From IMG/VR virus record IMGVR_UViG_3300045988_158963, positions 1-61,504 of that record: a stretch of 61,504 nt of DNA, one strand, 5' to 3'. A program made the position numbers and the translations under genes. Source of the stretch: a virus. The notes beneath the pieces were generated by a model. It was given only the letters and a program-made list of their open reading frames with translations. It did not search any database and was not told the origin of the DNA. Each line of letters opens with the position of its first letter. Within the stretch, counting starts at the first letter, position 1. Shown here piece after piece: positions 45,524-53,880 of the stretch.

Positions 45524-45934
45524 ATGAGATTAGATATGTACGATGATTTTCCTTCGGGGATGAAAGCTTATTTAAGCGCATATGGCTGGCATTTTTCTAA
45601 GGCTATGTGTGATTGGGCTATTTCCATGATGGAAAAAGAAGATGGAACTGGCAAGAAAATAAAGGTACAGCCCTGGACAAAAGAGCAGATCGACGAAATG
45701 CTTAAAAAATATAACGTCGATGTAAAGAAGAAAGGCGGCTATGACTATGTGTATGTTGCCAATATGTGCAAGGCTGATTTTCTTGGCTCCTCCATTCCCC
45801 ATGATCAATATGCTGCTTTATACGTGAAGAACGTTTGCGACGATCCGGACGCTTACGATGGTATTGTATTTACTCGTTTCTACGCTGATTGCATCGGTTC
45901 TGGAACGCCTATTATTTGGGATGAAATGATGTAA
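45524..45934 (+). CDS. hypothetical protein
   Basis: Start moved to ATG 45524 (MRLDMYDDF), because the TTG track start lies inside the upstream hairpin. Confidence 0.5.
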   Translation: MRLDMYDDFPSGMKAYLSAYGWHFSKAMCDWAISMMEKEDGTGKKIKVQPWTKEQIDEMLKKYNVDVKKKGGYDYVYVANMCKADFLGSSIPHDQYAALYVKNVCDDPDAYDGIVFTRFYADCIGSGTPIIWDEMM

Positions 45935-45936
45935 AT

Positions 45937-46383
45937 ATGATAAGAAGAGACCTATACATAAAGAAGTACGATTGGCAGGTGCATATATTTTATCGTGTCA
46001 CCTGCTATTATACGGAAGAGGTCATAGGTTTGTTGAAATCAATAGATTGTCCGAAAGACAAGGCAAGAGAGGCTTACAATAATTTGGTGTCATGCAAACT
46101 TGATACCGGTGTCACGTACTCCAATTACAAGCTACGGAAATCTGTAATGGTCATAAGCAAGACTTCGTCCCCGGAAGAGTTTTTAAACTCCCTAAAGCAC
46201 GAATGCCGCCATTTGGAGGATCATATAGCTACGGCATTTAAAATGCCTATAGGAGGTGAAGAAGTAGCGTATTTGGCCGGTTATTTAGGTAAGATGTTGT
46301 ACGAGGATGTGCAGTTGTTTATATGTGACTGCCGCAAACATAAACGGGAAAAGCTATGTGTAAAGCGAATAAAAAAGAAATAA
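45937..46383 (+). CDS. hypothetical protein with HExxH motif
   Basis: 148 aa. LKHECRHLEDH contains HECRH, a zincin-like signature. Confidence 0.45.
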   Translation: MIRRDLYIKKYDWQVHIFYRVTCYYTEEVIGLLKSIDCPKDKAREAYNNLVSCKLDTGVTYSNYKLRKSVMVISKTSSPEEFLNSLKHECRHLEDHIATAFKMPIGGEEVAYLAGYLGKMLYEDVQLFICDCRKHKREKLCVKRIKKK

Positions 46384-46394
46384 GAAAATTAAAG

Positions 46395-46438
46395 AGGGAG
46401 TCAGCCAGACGCGAGATTGACCGCCTGGTTGACTCCCT
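46395..46438. terminator. strong hairpin in the convergent gap
   Basis: AGGGAGTCAGCCAG / CTGGTTGACTCCCT (14 bp with one G-U). A second hairpin AGCCGG..CCGGCT follows at about 46446-46479. Confidence 0.6.
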
Positions 46439-46528
46439 TGACTTCGAGCCGGTCAACTTCAACGAGAAAGTCTGCCGGCTAAGGAGGCTGATGTGTCTAC
46501 TGTAAATTCGTATATTTATAAGGATTCT

Positions 46529-46783
46529 TTAAATCTGTTTATTCGGTTCAATAAACTCGACGTTGTATAGATCACAAAATTTCTCGAATGTAGCTATTTC
46601 TAAATCATGGTTGAAGATATGGAAACGGCCGAAGTAGTAGGCGAACATTTGTCCATCGCAGAATGTTTGCTTTTTCGCAAGCGCACATTCCCGACTTTTC
46701 AATGAGAAGCACACGATTCCCATTCCTTCATCAAGTAGTTGTTTTAGTCGGGAGTAATCCCGGCTGGTTTTGTAGGGTATCAT
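46529..46783 (-). CDS. hypothetical protein
   Basis: 84 aa, last gene of the early operon. Confidence 0.5.
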   Translation of the reverse strand: MIPYKTSRDYSRLKQLLDEGMGIVCFSLKSRECALAKKQTFCDGQMFAYYFGRFHIFNHDLEIATFEKFCDLYNVEFIEPNKQI

Positions 46784-47142
46784 AGGCTAAATTTCTTTTT
46801 GAAGTTTTTACATCCCGGACAAAAGAATCCGGTGTCATCACCGGTATAGTCATCTATTCCAAGACGAAAGCGCAACGGACGTTTAAACTTGCATAGTTCC
46901 TCGTTGGGTTTGTTTTCCTCTCCTTCTTCTATCGGGCAGAAATGTACGCAGTTATCACAGAACTGGATTTCTTTTATCCGTTTCTCTGCCCCGGTAGGTT
47001 TGGGACGTACAAGCCAGTACTTTTCTTCCTTGATAGGACAAGTGTTGCAATAGTCTTTGTCGCCGTAATACAAACAATAAGATTCGCAAAACCATCCGGA
47101 TATCTCATCAAGAAGTCTCTGTTTGATTTCTTTTTCTTTCAC
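46780..47142 (-). CDS. Cys-rich hypothetical protein
   Basis: 120 aa with several CxxC pairs (CNTCP, CDNC, CPGC). Confidence 0.5.
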   Translation of the reverse strand: MKEKEIKQRLLDEISGWFCESYCLYYGDKDYCNTCPIKEEKYWLVRPKPTGAEKRIKEIQFCDNCVHFCPIEEGEENKPNEELCKFKRPLRFRLGIDDYTGDDTGFFCPGCKNFKKKFSL

Positions 47143-47389
47143 TTTCGTTCAAATCTTTTATTTTTAAATTGATACTTTTCATATACTCACAATCTCTATC
47201 ACAAGGGCAATTATCATCATAGCAACTATCGTTGTGACTGTTCCAGCAAGGGCATTGCTTATGATATGCCTCTAATTTGGCTTTATCTCGATCTGCTTTC
47301 ATTTTAGCCTTAATATGATCCGGCAATGCTTCTTGTGCTACCGGATCGAAAGTGATACATTTCGTTTTATCCATAATGTTCAATTCCAT
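47108..47389 (-). CDS. Cys-rich hypothetical protein
   Basis: 93 aa (an alternative start is MDKTKC at 47374). Cys pattern CPCWNSHNDSCYDDNCPCDRDC. Confidence 0.5.
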   Translation of the reverse strand: MELNIMDKTKCITFDPVAQEALPDHIKAKMKADRDKAKLEAYHKQCPCWNSHNDSCYDDNCPCDRDCEYMKSINLKIKDLNESERKRNQTETS

Positions 47390-47401
47390 TTTGTTATAGA
47401 T

Positions 47402-47923
47402 TTACTTATACCAGCGTCCACCGCAATATTTACATACAAAATAATTCCCCATACTCATCACCTGAACTTTTTCATCCACGCATATACGGCACATGCAAAT
47501 TTTATGATCGCCATCAGACACAGGCTCTAAAATTTTATCATATTCCCAGAAAGATAACTTGCCTTTAGCCGGTATTGGTTCGGGGAATAAAATAGGGTTA
47601 GCCAGCACCCAGTTCCACACGCCCTTTTCGGCCCACGGTGAGGGGTGATTCTGAATGCAATCGACTATCTCGACACTGCCGATGATGGCACCTTTCGGCA
47701 AATCTTCATTATCTCCGTAAAGTTTGTCCTTGTGTTTGGAAACTTTCTTTATTTGCATTCCGTTAAGTGCGCTCCATCCCTCCTTAACTGAGGTCTTTGC
47801 TGCATGAATCAGCACCCTCTTACCTAAGTATTTCTTAGGACAGTTCCAAGTCCTGTTTTCTATATCTTTCAGCCCGGACACAATCAGGCTTGCCCACGGC
47901 TGTTTAATTGTTATCGCTTTCAT
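47402..47923 (-). CDS. ASCH-domain protein
   Basis: MKAITIKQPWASLIVSGLKDIENRTW is the typical ASCH N-terminus. A C-terminal Cys cluster is present. Confidence 0.7.
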   Translation of the reverse strand: MKAITIKQPWASLIVSGLKDIENRTWNCPKKYLGKRVLIHAAKTSVKEGWSALNGMQIKKVSKHKDKLYGDNEDLPKGAIIGSVEIVDCIQNHPSPWAEKGVWNWVLANPILFPEPIPAKGKLSFWEYDKILEPVSDGDHKICMCRICVDEKVQVMSMGNYFVCKYCGGRWYK

Positions 47924-48140
47924 TTAACTTCTTTAATTCGTTAATTTGTTCACTGATAATTCTAATGCGTTCTTTGAGAGCATCTGATTTTCGTGTAGAG
48001 AAACCAATTTTGACATGTCGCATCGCATATCCAAAACCTCTTCTATTCAACATTTCAATTTCTCTGCGCTCTTCTTTATACAATCTCTCTTCCAGGACAC
48101 TCTTTTTCTCTATAAGTTTTTCTATTTTATTCATATTCAT
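47904..48140 (-). CDS. small coiled-coil protein
   Basis: 78-aa ORF. Confidence 0.45.
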   Translation of the reverse strand: MNMNKIEKLIEKKSVLEERLYKEERREIEMLNRRGFGYAMRHVKIGFSTRKSDALKERIRIISEQINELKKLNESDNN

Positions 48141-48457
48141 TCCTCCGTATTAGGTAGTAAGTCTTCGATGTAGGCCCAACGCAAAATCTTGTCGTAATGG
48201 CAAGCTTTTATCCATTCATATTCAGAACGCCAATCAATACAAATGCAGACATTTCCGTCTCCATCCATGTGTTCAACCAAACAATCCTTTCCCGGTTCAG
48301 CTATGTCACATGGTTTGTGCCACACCGAGTTGATGCGCCATTTTGCACCTTTCTCGAATGAATAGGCAAACAGTCCTCTTGTTTCCTCCGGATCATGATC
48401 CCAACCTATCATATTAGCATGTTGGGTTGCTGCTTTTTCAATATCATCTCTTCTCAT
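48137..48457 (-). CDS. hypothetical protein (DUF551-like C-terminus)
   Basis: 106 aa with the pattern ...WHKPCDIAEPGKDCLVEH...RWAYIEDLLP. Confidence 0.45.
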   Translation of the reverse strand: MRRDDIEKAATQHANMIGWDHDPEETRGLFAYSFEKGAKWRINSVWHKPCDIAEPGKDCLVEHMDGDGNVCICIDWRSEYEWIKACHYDKILRWAYIEDLLPNTEE

Positions 48458-48515
48458 TTTTTCTTTTGTTAAATTAATATCTTTCGTGAAATGAGCTATT
48501 CCGGCTCAGTTCTGT

Positions 48516-48992
48516 TTAATTGTTAGTCGTTTTGTCCAATAAGTCTTTCAATCTTTTCTGAACTAATTTATCAATTGTTTCTTTTTGTACCTCTTCACGG
48601 ATACATTGGGAAACCGATAAACTCATTAAATCCAGTCTACTTCTTATTTCACCGACTATTTCTTCACGAATAGGGGTGACTGTTTCCAGAATCAAGTTAT
48701 CTATTTCTCGTCTTACTTGTGTCTTCACCAATTCTTTTGCATCGTTAGATAGTAAATAATCAGTACGATAATGATTGCTTTTATCTTGTACAAGCAAACC
48801 GAAGTAATTCGTTTTCTTCACTTCATCAAGTATCGCTTTTTTAATTGTATCAACAATTTCACTATTGGCGACTGATTTGATATATGACTTCGCAAATTCA
48901 TTGATTACAGATGTTTTTACGGTGATTTCCATTTCCTTGTCATCACCAATAAGTCTTTCTAATGCCACTAAGCTGTTAATTTGTATCTTCAT
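48516..48992 (-). CDS. hypothetical protein
   Basis: 158-aa ORF. Confidence 0.5.
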   Translation of the reverse strand: MKIQINSLVALERLIGDDKEMEITVKTSVINEFAKSYIKSVANSEIVDTIKKAILDEVKKTNYFGLLVQDKSNHYRTDYLLSNDAKELVKTQVRREIDNLILETVTPIREEIVGEIRSRLDLMSLSVSQCIREEVQKETIDKLVQKRLKDLLDKTTNN

Positions 48993-49011
48993 ATCTTTTT
49001 ATGTTTTAATA

Positions 49012-49263
49012 TCAATTCGAATAAATATAATGCATTCCTGCTTCATATACCTTATGTACATCAGGGTCATTCTTGTCTTCCGGTTCCAATTCACTCTCTT
49101 CACGAGTATAATCCCATTCAGAGTTGTAGTACATATCCTCATTTGTTTTCTCCAAGGAGCAATCTTTCATCAAATTCATATCTTCTCCCCAAACTGCAAC
49201 TTCTTGCTGTTGCTCTTCTTCTGTCATAAGGGATATTTTGTCTTTTAATTCTTTCCAAGTCAT
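49012..49263 (-). CDS. small acidic hypothetical protein
   Basis: 83-aa ORF. Confidence 0.45.
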   Translation of the reverse strand: MTWKELKDKISLMTEEEQQQEVAVWGEDMNLMKDCSLEKTNEDMYYNSEWDYTREESELEPEDKNDPDVHKVYEAGMHYIYSN

Positions 49264-49289
49264 AGCTTAAATTTTTTTTTAAAGTTGAA

Positions 49290-49460
49290 TTAACTATTTA
49301 ATAAATCATATAGCTCTTTCGCTCTGGAATATGTGTCAAATCCTTTCACATTCCGCCATTTTCCGGAGAGAAAACCATTCTCATATACTTGTACCCAGTA
49401 AACTGTTATGGGGATACAGCCGTTATAAGCATCGCCTCGAATTATTCTGTATCGCTTCAT
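49290..49460 (-). CDS. small hypothetical protein (56 aa, below track cutoff)
   Basis: Hand translation gives MKRYRIIRGDAYNGCIPITVYWVQVYENGFLSGKWRNVKGFDTYSRAKELYDLLNS. It fills the gap between two operon genes. Confidence 0.4.
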   Translation of the reverse strand: MKRYRIIRGDAYNGCIPITVYWVQVYENGFLSGKWRNVKGFDTYSRAKELYDLLNS

Positions 49461-49473
49461 GTCTTTTTAGTTT

Positions 49474-49671
49474 TTAATCATTGTAATATTGGGAATAGCA
49501 CCCTTTAATTATCTCTTCTGCGTCCTTTTGATGTTGAGTGCCTTTTGCCAAAAGTTCAACAGTTGCAGCCAAAATGGAGATTTTGTTAGAATTGAGTCGA
49601 TAAGCATCGGCAACCAATTCAGACATTGCATACCGTTTATCGGATAATCCTTTTATCTTAATCTTATTCAT
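49474..49671 (-). CDS. small hypothetical protein
   Basis: 65-aa ORF. Confidence 0.45.
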   Translation of the reverse strand: MNKIKIKGLSDKRYAMSELVADAYRLNSNKISILAATVELLAKGTQHQKDAEEIIKGCYSQYYND

Positions 49672-49677
49672 TTCTTT

Positions 49678-49824
49678 TTAATTATTATCTTCTTTCTTGA
49701 TCTTAATCTTATCAATCATCCTTTGAAACTTGGCAGCCACATAGTCACAGTGTATTGCCAAGTTCCTGTCGCGTTCCTTTTCGAGGCGCTTTATTTCTTC
49801 TTCTTCTTCTATCCAATCTTTCAT
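49678..49824 (-). CDS. small hypothetical protein (48 aa, below track cutoff)
   Basis: Hand translation gives MKDWIEEEEEIKRLEKERDRNLAIHCDYVAAKFQRMIDKIKIKKEDNN. It fills the gap between neighbouring genes. Confidence 0.35.
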   Translation of the reverse strand: MKDWIEEEEEIKRLEKERDRNLAIHCDYVAAKFQRMIDKIKIKKEDNN

Positions 49825-49840
49825 ATTTCATCTTTTTTTG

Positions 49841-50491
49841 TCATTTTTCGCATGATTCAAACGCTTTTTCAAATACTTCCGCCCTAAGCATATTGTTTGC
49901 TATGGCCTGAAAAGCGTTTGCAATTTCTGGCAACTCATTCAAATTCACATGTATCTCTTTGGGGGTAAGTACCTCTGTAAGCTCCCTTGCAAAGTGCAGC
50001 ATCTTATCCATGGTGAGATACTGAAGGGGATTGTAAGCCAATGGGGCATATTTGCTTATGGCGGTAAAGAAATCCCGGATGGTAATTTGGGATGTCTGGC
50101 ATAACATGTCCACCGTAGAGCAAATGGAAAGGGCTTTATTCAAATCTTCATGGCATCCGGCATTATGCAATGCCTGGCTGACGGTAAATCCATAGCGATC
50201 TATATGAGGCTTGATATCATCCTCCATGCTCTGCGTAATGAGGGCCATGGCTTCCGCGTTTACACCTGCGGTTCTGCATATTCTCCTGTTGTATGCGGCC
50301 ATTTGGCGGTCCATGCTGTTGACCAGCATTTTGACCTTTTGGCGATAAAGTCCGCATCCCTTGATGTGATCGGAAAGCTGCATCTCGAAGTTATACACTT
50401 GGTCATTGACGAATAGGACGATATATGTCAGACTCGTAACAAGACCGCCGGTGTCCTTGTCTATTTCATCCCAACTGTTGTATTGTTTCAT
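49841..50491 (-). CDS. hypothetical protein (216 aa with revised start)
   Basis: Revised start ATG 50491 (MKQYNSWDEIDKD) forms an ATGA overlap with the stop of the upstream small ORF. The track start 50620 would overlap that ORF by 130 nt. Confidence 0.5.
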   Translation of the reverse strand: MKQYNSWDEIDKDTGGLVTSLTYIVLFVNDQVYNFEMQLSDHIKGCGLYRQKVKMLVNSMDRQMAAYNRRICRTAGVNAEAMALITQSMEDDIKPHIDRYGFTVSQALHNAGCHEDLNKALSICSTVDMLCQTSQITIRDFFTAISKYAPLAYNPLQYLTMDKMLHFARELTEVLTPKEIHVNLNELPEIANAFQAIANNMLRAEVFEKAFESCEK

Positions 50492-50646
50492 GGCAGTAGC
50501 TTCGCTTCTGTGCATCTTATCCATCTGTAGCCGGAAAACGAGATGCTGTTCGTCCTCCGGTCTATGTCCGCAATAACTCTTACTTTTCCCTTGTACAAGA
50601 CTTTTGATCCGATCTTGCATTGGGTCCTGAATACATTGATTTTCAT
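50488..50646 (-). CDS. small hypothetical protein (52 aa)
   Basis: MKINVFRTQCKIGSKVLYKGKVRVIADIDRRTNSISFSGYRWIRCTEAKLLP, using an internal Met of track ORF 50488..50709. Confidence 0.4.
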   Translation of the reverse strand: MKINVFRTQCKIGSKVLYKGKVRVIADIDRRTNSISFSGYRWIRCTEAKLLP

Positions 50647-50721
50647 GATTGGTTCATTTATTTGCGTTGTGAAATAAATATAAACTATGTAAACAAAAAG
50701 GCATTGCATAGCTCAAACACT

Positions 50722-50851
50722 TATATTTGCAATACGATTCAACAGAAGTTCTAACGCTTCCTTTCGGTGAACTGTAATTCGCCGTCCTCAGTCCGATCTC
50801 CTTGAGAAAAGACTTAAAAGCCCATTGTCCTGTAGCTTTGGGCTTTTTTTT
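50722..50851 (+). ncRNA. candidate ~115-nt sRNA, antisense-oriented to the early operon
   Basis: A -7 box TATATTTG (50722-29) and the terminator AAAAGCCCA (50816-24)/TGGGCTTTT (50839-47) plus a T-run. No ORF lies between them. Confidence 0.45.
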
Positions 50852-50925
50852 GTCGCATTTTACAGGATGCGACTTGTAGCCCGTCTGTTACAGCAGTCGG
50901 GTAAAGCGGAAAGGAGGTGTGTTGA

Positions 50926-51048
50926 ATGACTGTTGAATCGCAAGAAGGCAAGACGCGTATTTTCTGCCGCTATATCGTGAAAAACGGTAAAAGAATTTAC
51001 CCTAAAACGTCGCGATATTTCTCTTTTTTGGTAGACGACAAGAAATAG
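50926..51048 (+). CDS. 40-aa basic peptide
   Basis: MTVESQEGKTRIFCRYIVKNGKRIYPKTSRYFSFLVDDKK, preceded by GGAAAGGAGG (SD-like) and followed by a terminator. Confidence 0.4.
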   Translation: MTVESQEGKTRIFCRYIVKNGKRIYPKTSRYFSFLVDDKK

Positions 51049-51063
51049 TCCATCTTGTTTTCA

Positions 51064-51090
51064 AGGGATGTGCAGGCATCCCTTTTTGTT
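51064..51090. terminator. intrinsic terminator (plus strand), at the 3' end of the minus-strand loader gene
   Basis: AGGGATG-tgcagg-CATCCCT followed by TTTTTGTT. Confidence 0.65.
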
Positions 51091-51734
51091 TACCTTCTGC
51101 TATCCCCTGTCACGGGAATGATATTAAACATTTCCTTCCTTCTGTCCCGGATAAAATCGCCATACAGGCGTTCTATTTCATCCCCGTCGGCATTGGTTGT
51201 GACAAAAGTTTTTAATCCGGTAGCCTGCCAATAGCTGTATCGGATGTGCAGTATATGCTGCATGACGTTCAGTTCCGTGCCGTAGTACTTGGTTGGAATA
51301 GGCTCTCTGCCAAGTTCGTCAAAACACATCGGTACCGGTCCGGATGATGACCATCCTGCGTTATCCAGATATCGGCTAAGATCACCTGTCAGCGAGTAAT
51401 CCGTTGTCACCTGGCTGCATATATAAACCCTGAAGCCCATCCTAAGGCTCTTGAAATACTGGCTGAACACTTGCATCAATGTGCTTTTGCCCGTGCCTAC
51501 AGGACCTTCCAGCCAGATGCCCTTTCTTCTGTCAAACCGCCCTTCTTGGAGGTGGAAGTACAGGAATAAGTCGTTCACCAAATCCCTGTTGCGTTCATCT
51601 ATGCGGAATGTTCCCTTTGTCACCTGCCCGGCAACATGCAGGAACCACCGTTTGTACGGATCGAGATCGATCTTAAGGCTCTCCGTAGTGTTTTGGATTA
51701 TCGGCATTTTTAATCGTGTTACTTTTATTGTCAT
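51090..51734 (-). CDS. DnaC/IstB-like AAA+ helicase loader
   Basis: Walker A GPVGTGKSTL and Walker B-like MCFDELG. It lies downstream of the replisome organizer. An alternative start is MPIIQ at 51707. Confidence 0.7.
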   Translation of the reverse strand: MTIKVTRLKMPIIQNTTESLKIDLDPYKRWFLHVAGQVTKGTFRIDERNRDLVNDLFLYFHLQEGRFDRRKGIWLEGPVGTGKSTLMQVFSQYFKSLRMGFRVYICSQVTTDYSLTGDLSRYLDNAGWSSSGPVPMCFDELGREPIPTKYYGTELNVMQHILHIRYSYWQATGLKTFVTTNADGDEIERLYGDFIRDRRKEMFNIIPVTGDSRR

Positions 51735-52539
51735 AATTACCTGATATTACTTTCTCAAAGTTCGTCGGTTTGATAAGCCAATCGAAAGAAGCTCGCCAGC
51801 CTTTTTTGTTCTGCCCTTTCAGGAAATCGCTTTGGTATGCCCTATGAATCATGTCGGCAAACGTCTTTTTGCCATAAGATTTTATACGTGCGTTAATCAT
51901 CCCTTTACGGCTATCAGAAAGCGGAGTCCTGACCGTACCAAATACACCTTTTGTTTCCTCATTGAAGAATTTGACAAGTTCGGAGTAGTCGATATGTTCG
52001 GCGTGGGGCTGCGAAGTCCCACATACAAGAGATTCGTTAGAATCTCCTATATTATTTTCTTTTCTTTTCTTTCCTTTACTTGCTATTGTTTTTTCGACTT
52101 TTGCTATAGCATTGCTATCGTTTTCCGTAGCATTTGCTATAAATTCCGTAGCATTTGCTATTTCTGACTCTTTTTTCCCCCATCTCTTAGCGACACCTTT
52201 CTTTCCAGCCTCGGATCGTTTCTTCGATTTATCGTCTTTGTATCCCATTCTTTTCTTGAAGCTTTCGGAGTAGAAGTACTTACCATCCTCGGTAAAGACA
52301 AATAACCCAAAATCTTCAATCACGGATTTAATTAAGGAAGCATCTTCACGAAGGTCAAAAGCTATCATGTTATAATCTTTGACACTCATGTATTCTGGCT
52401 CCTCTCTAAGACGTTCTAAAATCATGAAAAACACTCCATATCCGGATGCCTTATGCCTCATTCGTAAGCGTATCAGCTTGTCTGAGTTCCTAGCGTTGCT
52501 GTCGTGGGGGAAATAACTCGTTAGCTCTTTCATAATCAA
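51673..52539 (-). CDS. replisome organizer / replication initiator (DUF4373-type N-terminus)
   Basis: YFPHDSNARNSDKLIRLRMRHKASGYGVFFMILERL is typical of the Lin1244/DUF4373 N-terminal domain. The gene contains internal iterons. Confidence 0.7.
   Translation of the reverse strand: MIMKELTSYFPHDSNARNSDKLIRLRMRHKASGYGVFFMILERLREEPEYMSVKDYNMIAFDLREDASLIKSVIEDFGLFVFTEDGKYFYSESFKKRMGYKDDKSKKRSEAGKKGVAKRWGKKESEIANATEFIANATENDSNAIAKVEKTIASKGKKRKENNIGDSNESLVCGTSQPHAEHIDYSELVKFFNEETKGVFGTVRTPLSDSRKGMINARIKSYGKKTFADMIHRAYQSDFLKGQNKKGWRASFDWLIKPTNFEKVISGNYDNKSNTIKNADNPKHYGEP
52081..52161. repeat. iteron-like repeats inside the initiator gene (ori candidate)
   Basis: TCCGTAGCATTTGCTAT occurs at 52124-40 and 52145-61 (21-nt spacing). 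TTGCTAT cores also occur at about 52081, 52101 and 52112. Confidence 0.55.
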
Positions 52540-52707
52540 ATCGCATAATCACAGTTTCGTTTGCTGTCGGCAACGAAACGCCTGTTGAAAAAACTACATA
52601 GAACCACTTTGGGATTCCCCATTGATACCTTGACCGGCTTCCCTCTCTTACATTTTGAGCAGGTATCCGGACGGATGGCCTGTCGTTCGTTCTTCTTTAC
52701 CATATCT

Positions 52708-53880
52708 TTAGAATCTTACGTTTGTCAATTGTCTTCCTCTTGAAAACACAGCCCACTTTCCGTTACCCGTGTCTTTCAAATGCAAATCGGAAACTTCACC
52801 GAAACGGTTGATGTTACCGCATAAATCCACAAACCATGCGGCTTCCTTATCTTTATGAGGACGGATGCAACGACCTACAATCTGGTAATACATCGCAAGT
52901 GACATGGTAGGTCTGGCCATAACAACTGTGTCAAGTTCTGGGTAATCAAAGCCGGTAGTAAGTACACCAACATTGGCTACTACAGGTATTTCCCCGACCT
53001 TGAACATTTCGAGTATTCTTTCACGTTCCTTCTTTGGAGTATCACCGGAAACAATGACACATCCGGGTATGGACATCGTCAATCGTTCCGCTTCTTTCAA
53101 AAACCGGGTAAATACCAAAATACCCTTCCTCTTGCCTCCTGCTTTCGGATTCATCAGCCTTTGGACGATATGAACGATGTAACTATAAAAGTCTATCCGT
53201 TCATATTCCTTTTGGACTGACTTATCGGTATAGTCGGCTCCGGTAGTGTTTATCTTCAAATTGAGTTCGTTCCATCCGGTAGGATTCATCGGATAGTAGT
53301 TCACCTTTGAGAGATAGCCCATATCAAGCAAGGTCGATACCTGTACATGATAAATGACCTCTGAAAACACATGGGGCTTTGTCCGGGTTATGAATTTTAG
53401 CATAGAGCCGAAGTCACGGCTGGAACTCAAACGATATGGCGTTGCCGTTAATCCAAGAACCTTGCACTTCACAGCATCGAAGAAATCCTTGTACATTCCC
53501 TCTATCGGATTCACAAGGTGACACTCGTCCACGATGATATTCTTGAAGTGGGCAAAAAGTTCCGGATGGCTTTTCACGCTACCGATGGTTGCGAATGTTA
53601 TCCGGCTTATCTCTTTTGAATTGAAGGAGGCGGAATAAATGCTACAATCGAGAATCCCGTAAGAACAAAGTTTCTTGAAGTTCTGTTCGACAATTTCCTT
53701 GCTCGGCTGGAATACCAATGTATGACCGTCAAGTCTTGAAGCGATGTCAGCTATGATAAGGCTCTTTCCGCTTCCTGTAGGCAATACCATGATAGCATTT
53801 GTTTTCTTCGCCTTGTTATTGAAGAAAGAAACGGCTGCATCGGAGGCCTTCTGCTGGTAATCACGCAAAACAAAACTCAT
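52708..53880 (-). CDS. SF2 DEAD/DEAH-box helicase
   Basis: Motif I VLPTGSGKS, motif II IIVDECHLV, motif III GLTATP, motif VI QIVGRCIRP. Confidence 0.85.
   Translation of the reverse strand: MSFVLRDYQQKASDAAVSFFNNKAKKTNAIMVLPTGSGKSLIIADIASRLDGHTLVFQPSKEIVEQNFKKLCSYGILDCSIYSASFNSKEISRITFATIGSVKSHPELFAHFKNIIVDECHLVNPIEGMYKDFFDAVKCKVLGLTATPYRLSSSRDFGSMLKFITRTKPHVFSEVIYHVQVSTLLDMGYLSKVNYYPMNPTGWNELNLKINTTGADYTDKSVQKEYERIDFYSYIVHIVQRLMNPKAGGKRKGILVFTRFLKEAERLTMSIPGCVIVSGDTPKKERERILEMFKVGEIPVVANVGVLTTGFDYPELDTVVMARPTMSLAMYYQIVGRCIRPHKDKEAAWFVDLCGNINRFGEVSDLHLKDTGNGKWAVFSRGRQLTNVRF

Noticed and set aside
51451-52167. Plus-strand ORFs 51451..51744, 51479..51676 and 51832..52167, antisense to the loader and initiator genes.
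   Set aside because: They lie inside well-supported minus-strand genes, have no signals, and their sequences are not protein-like.
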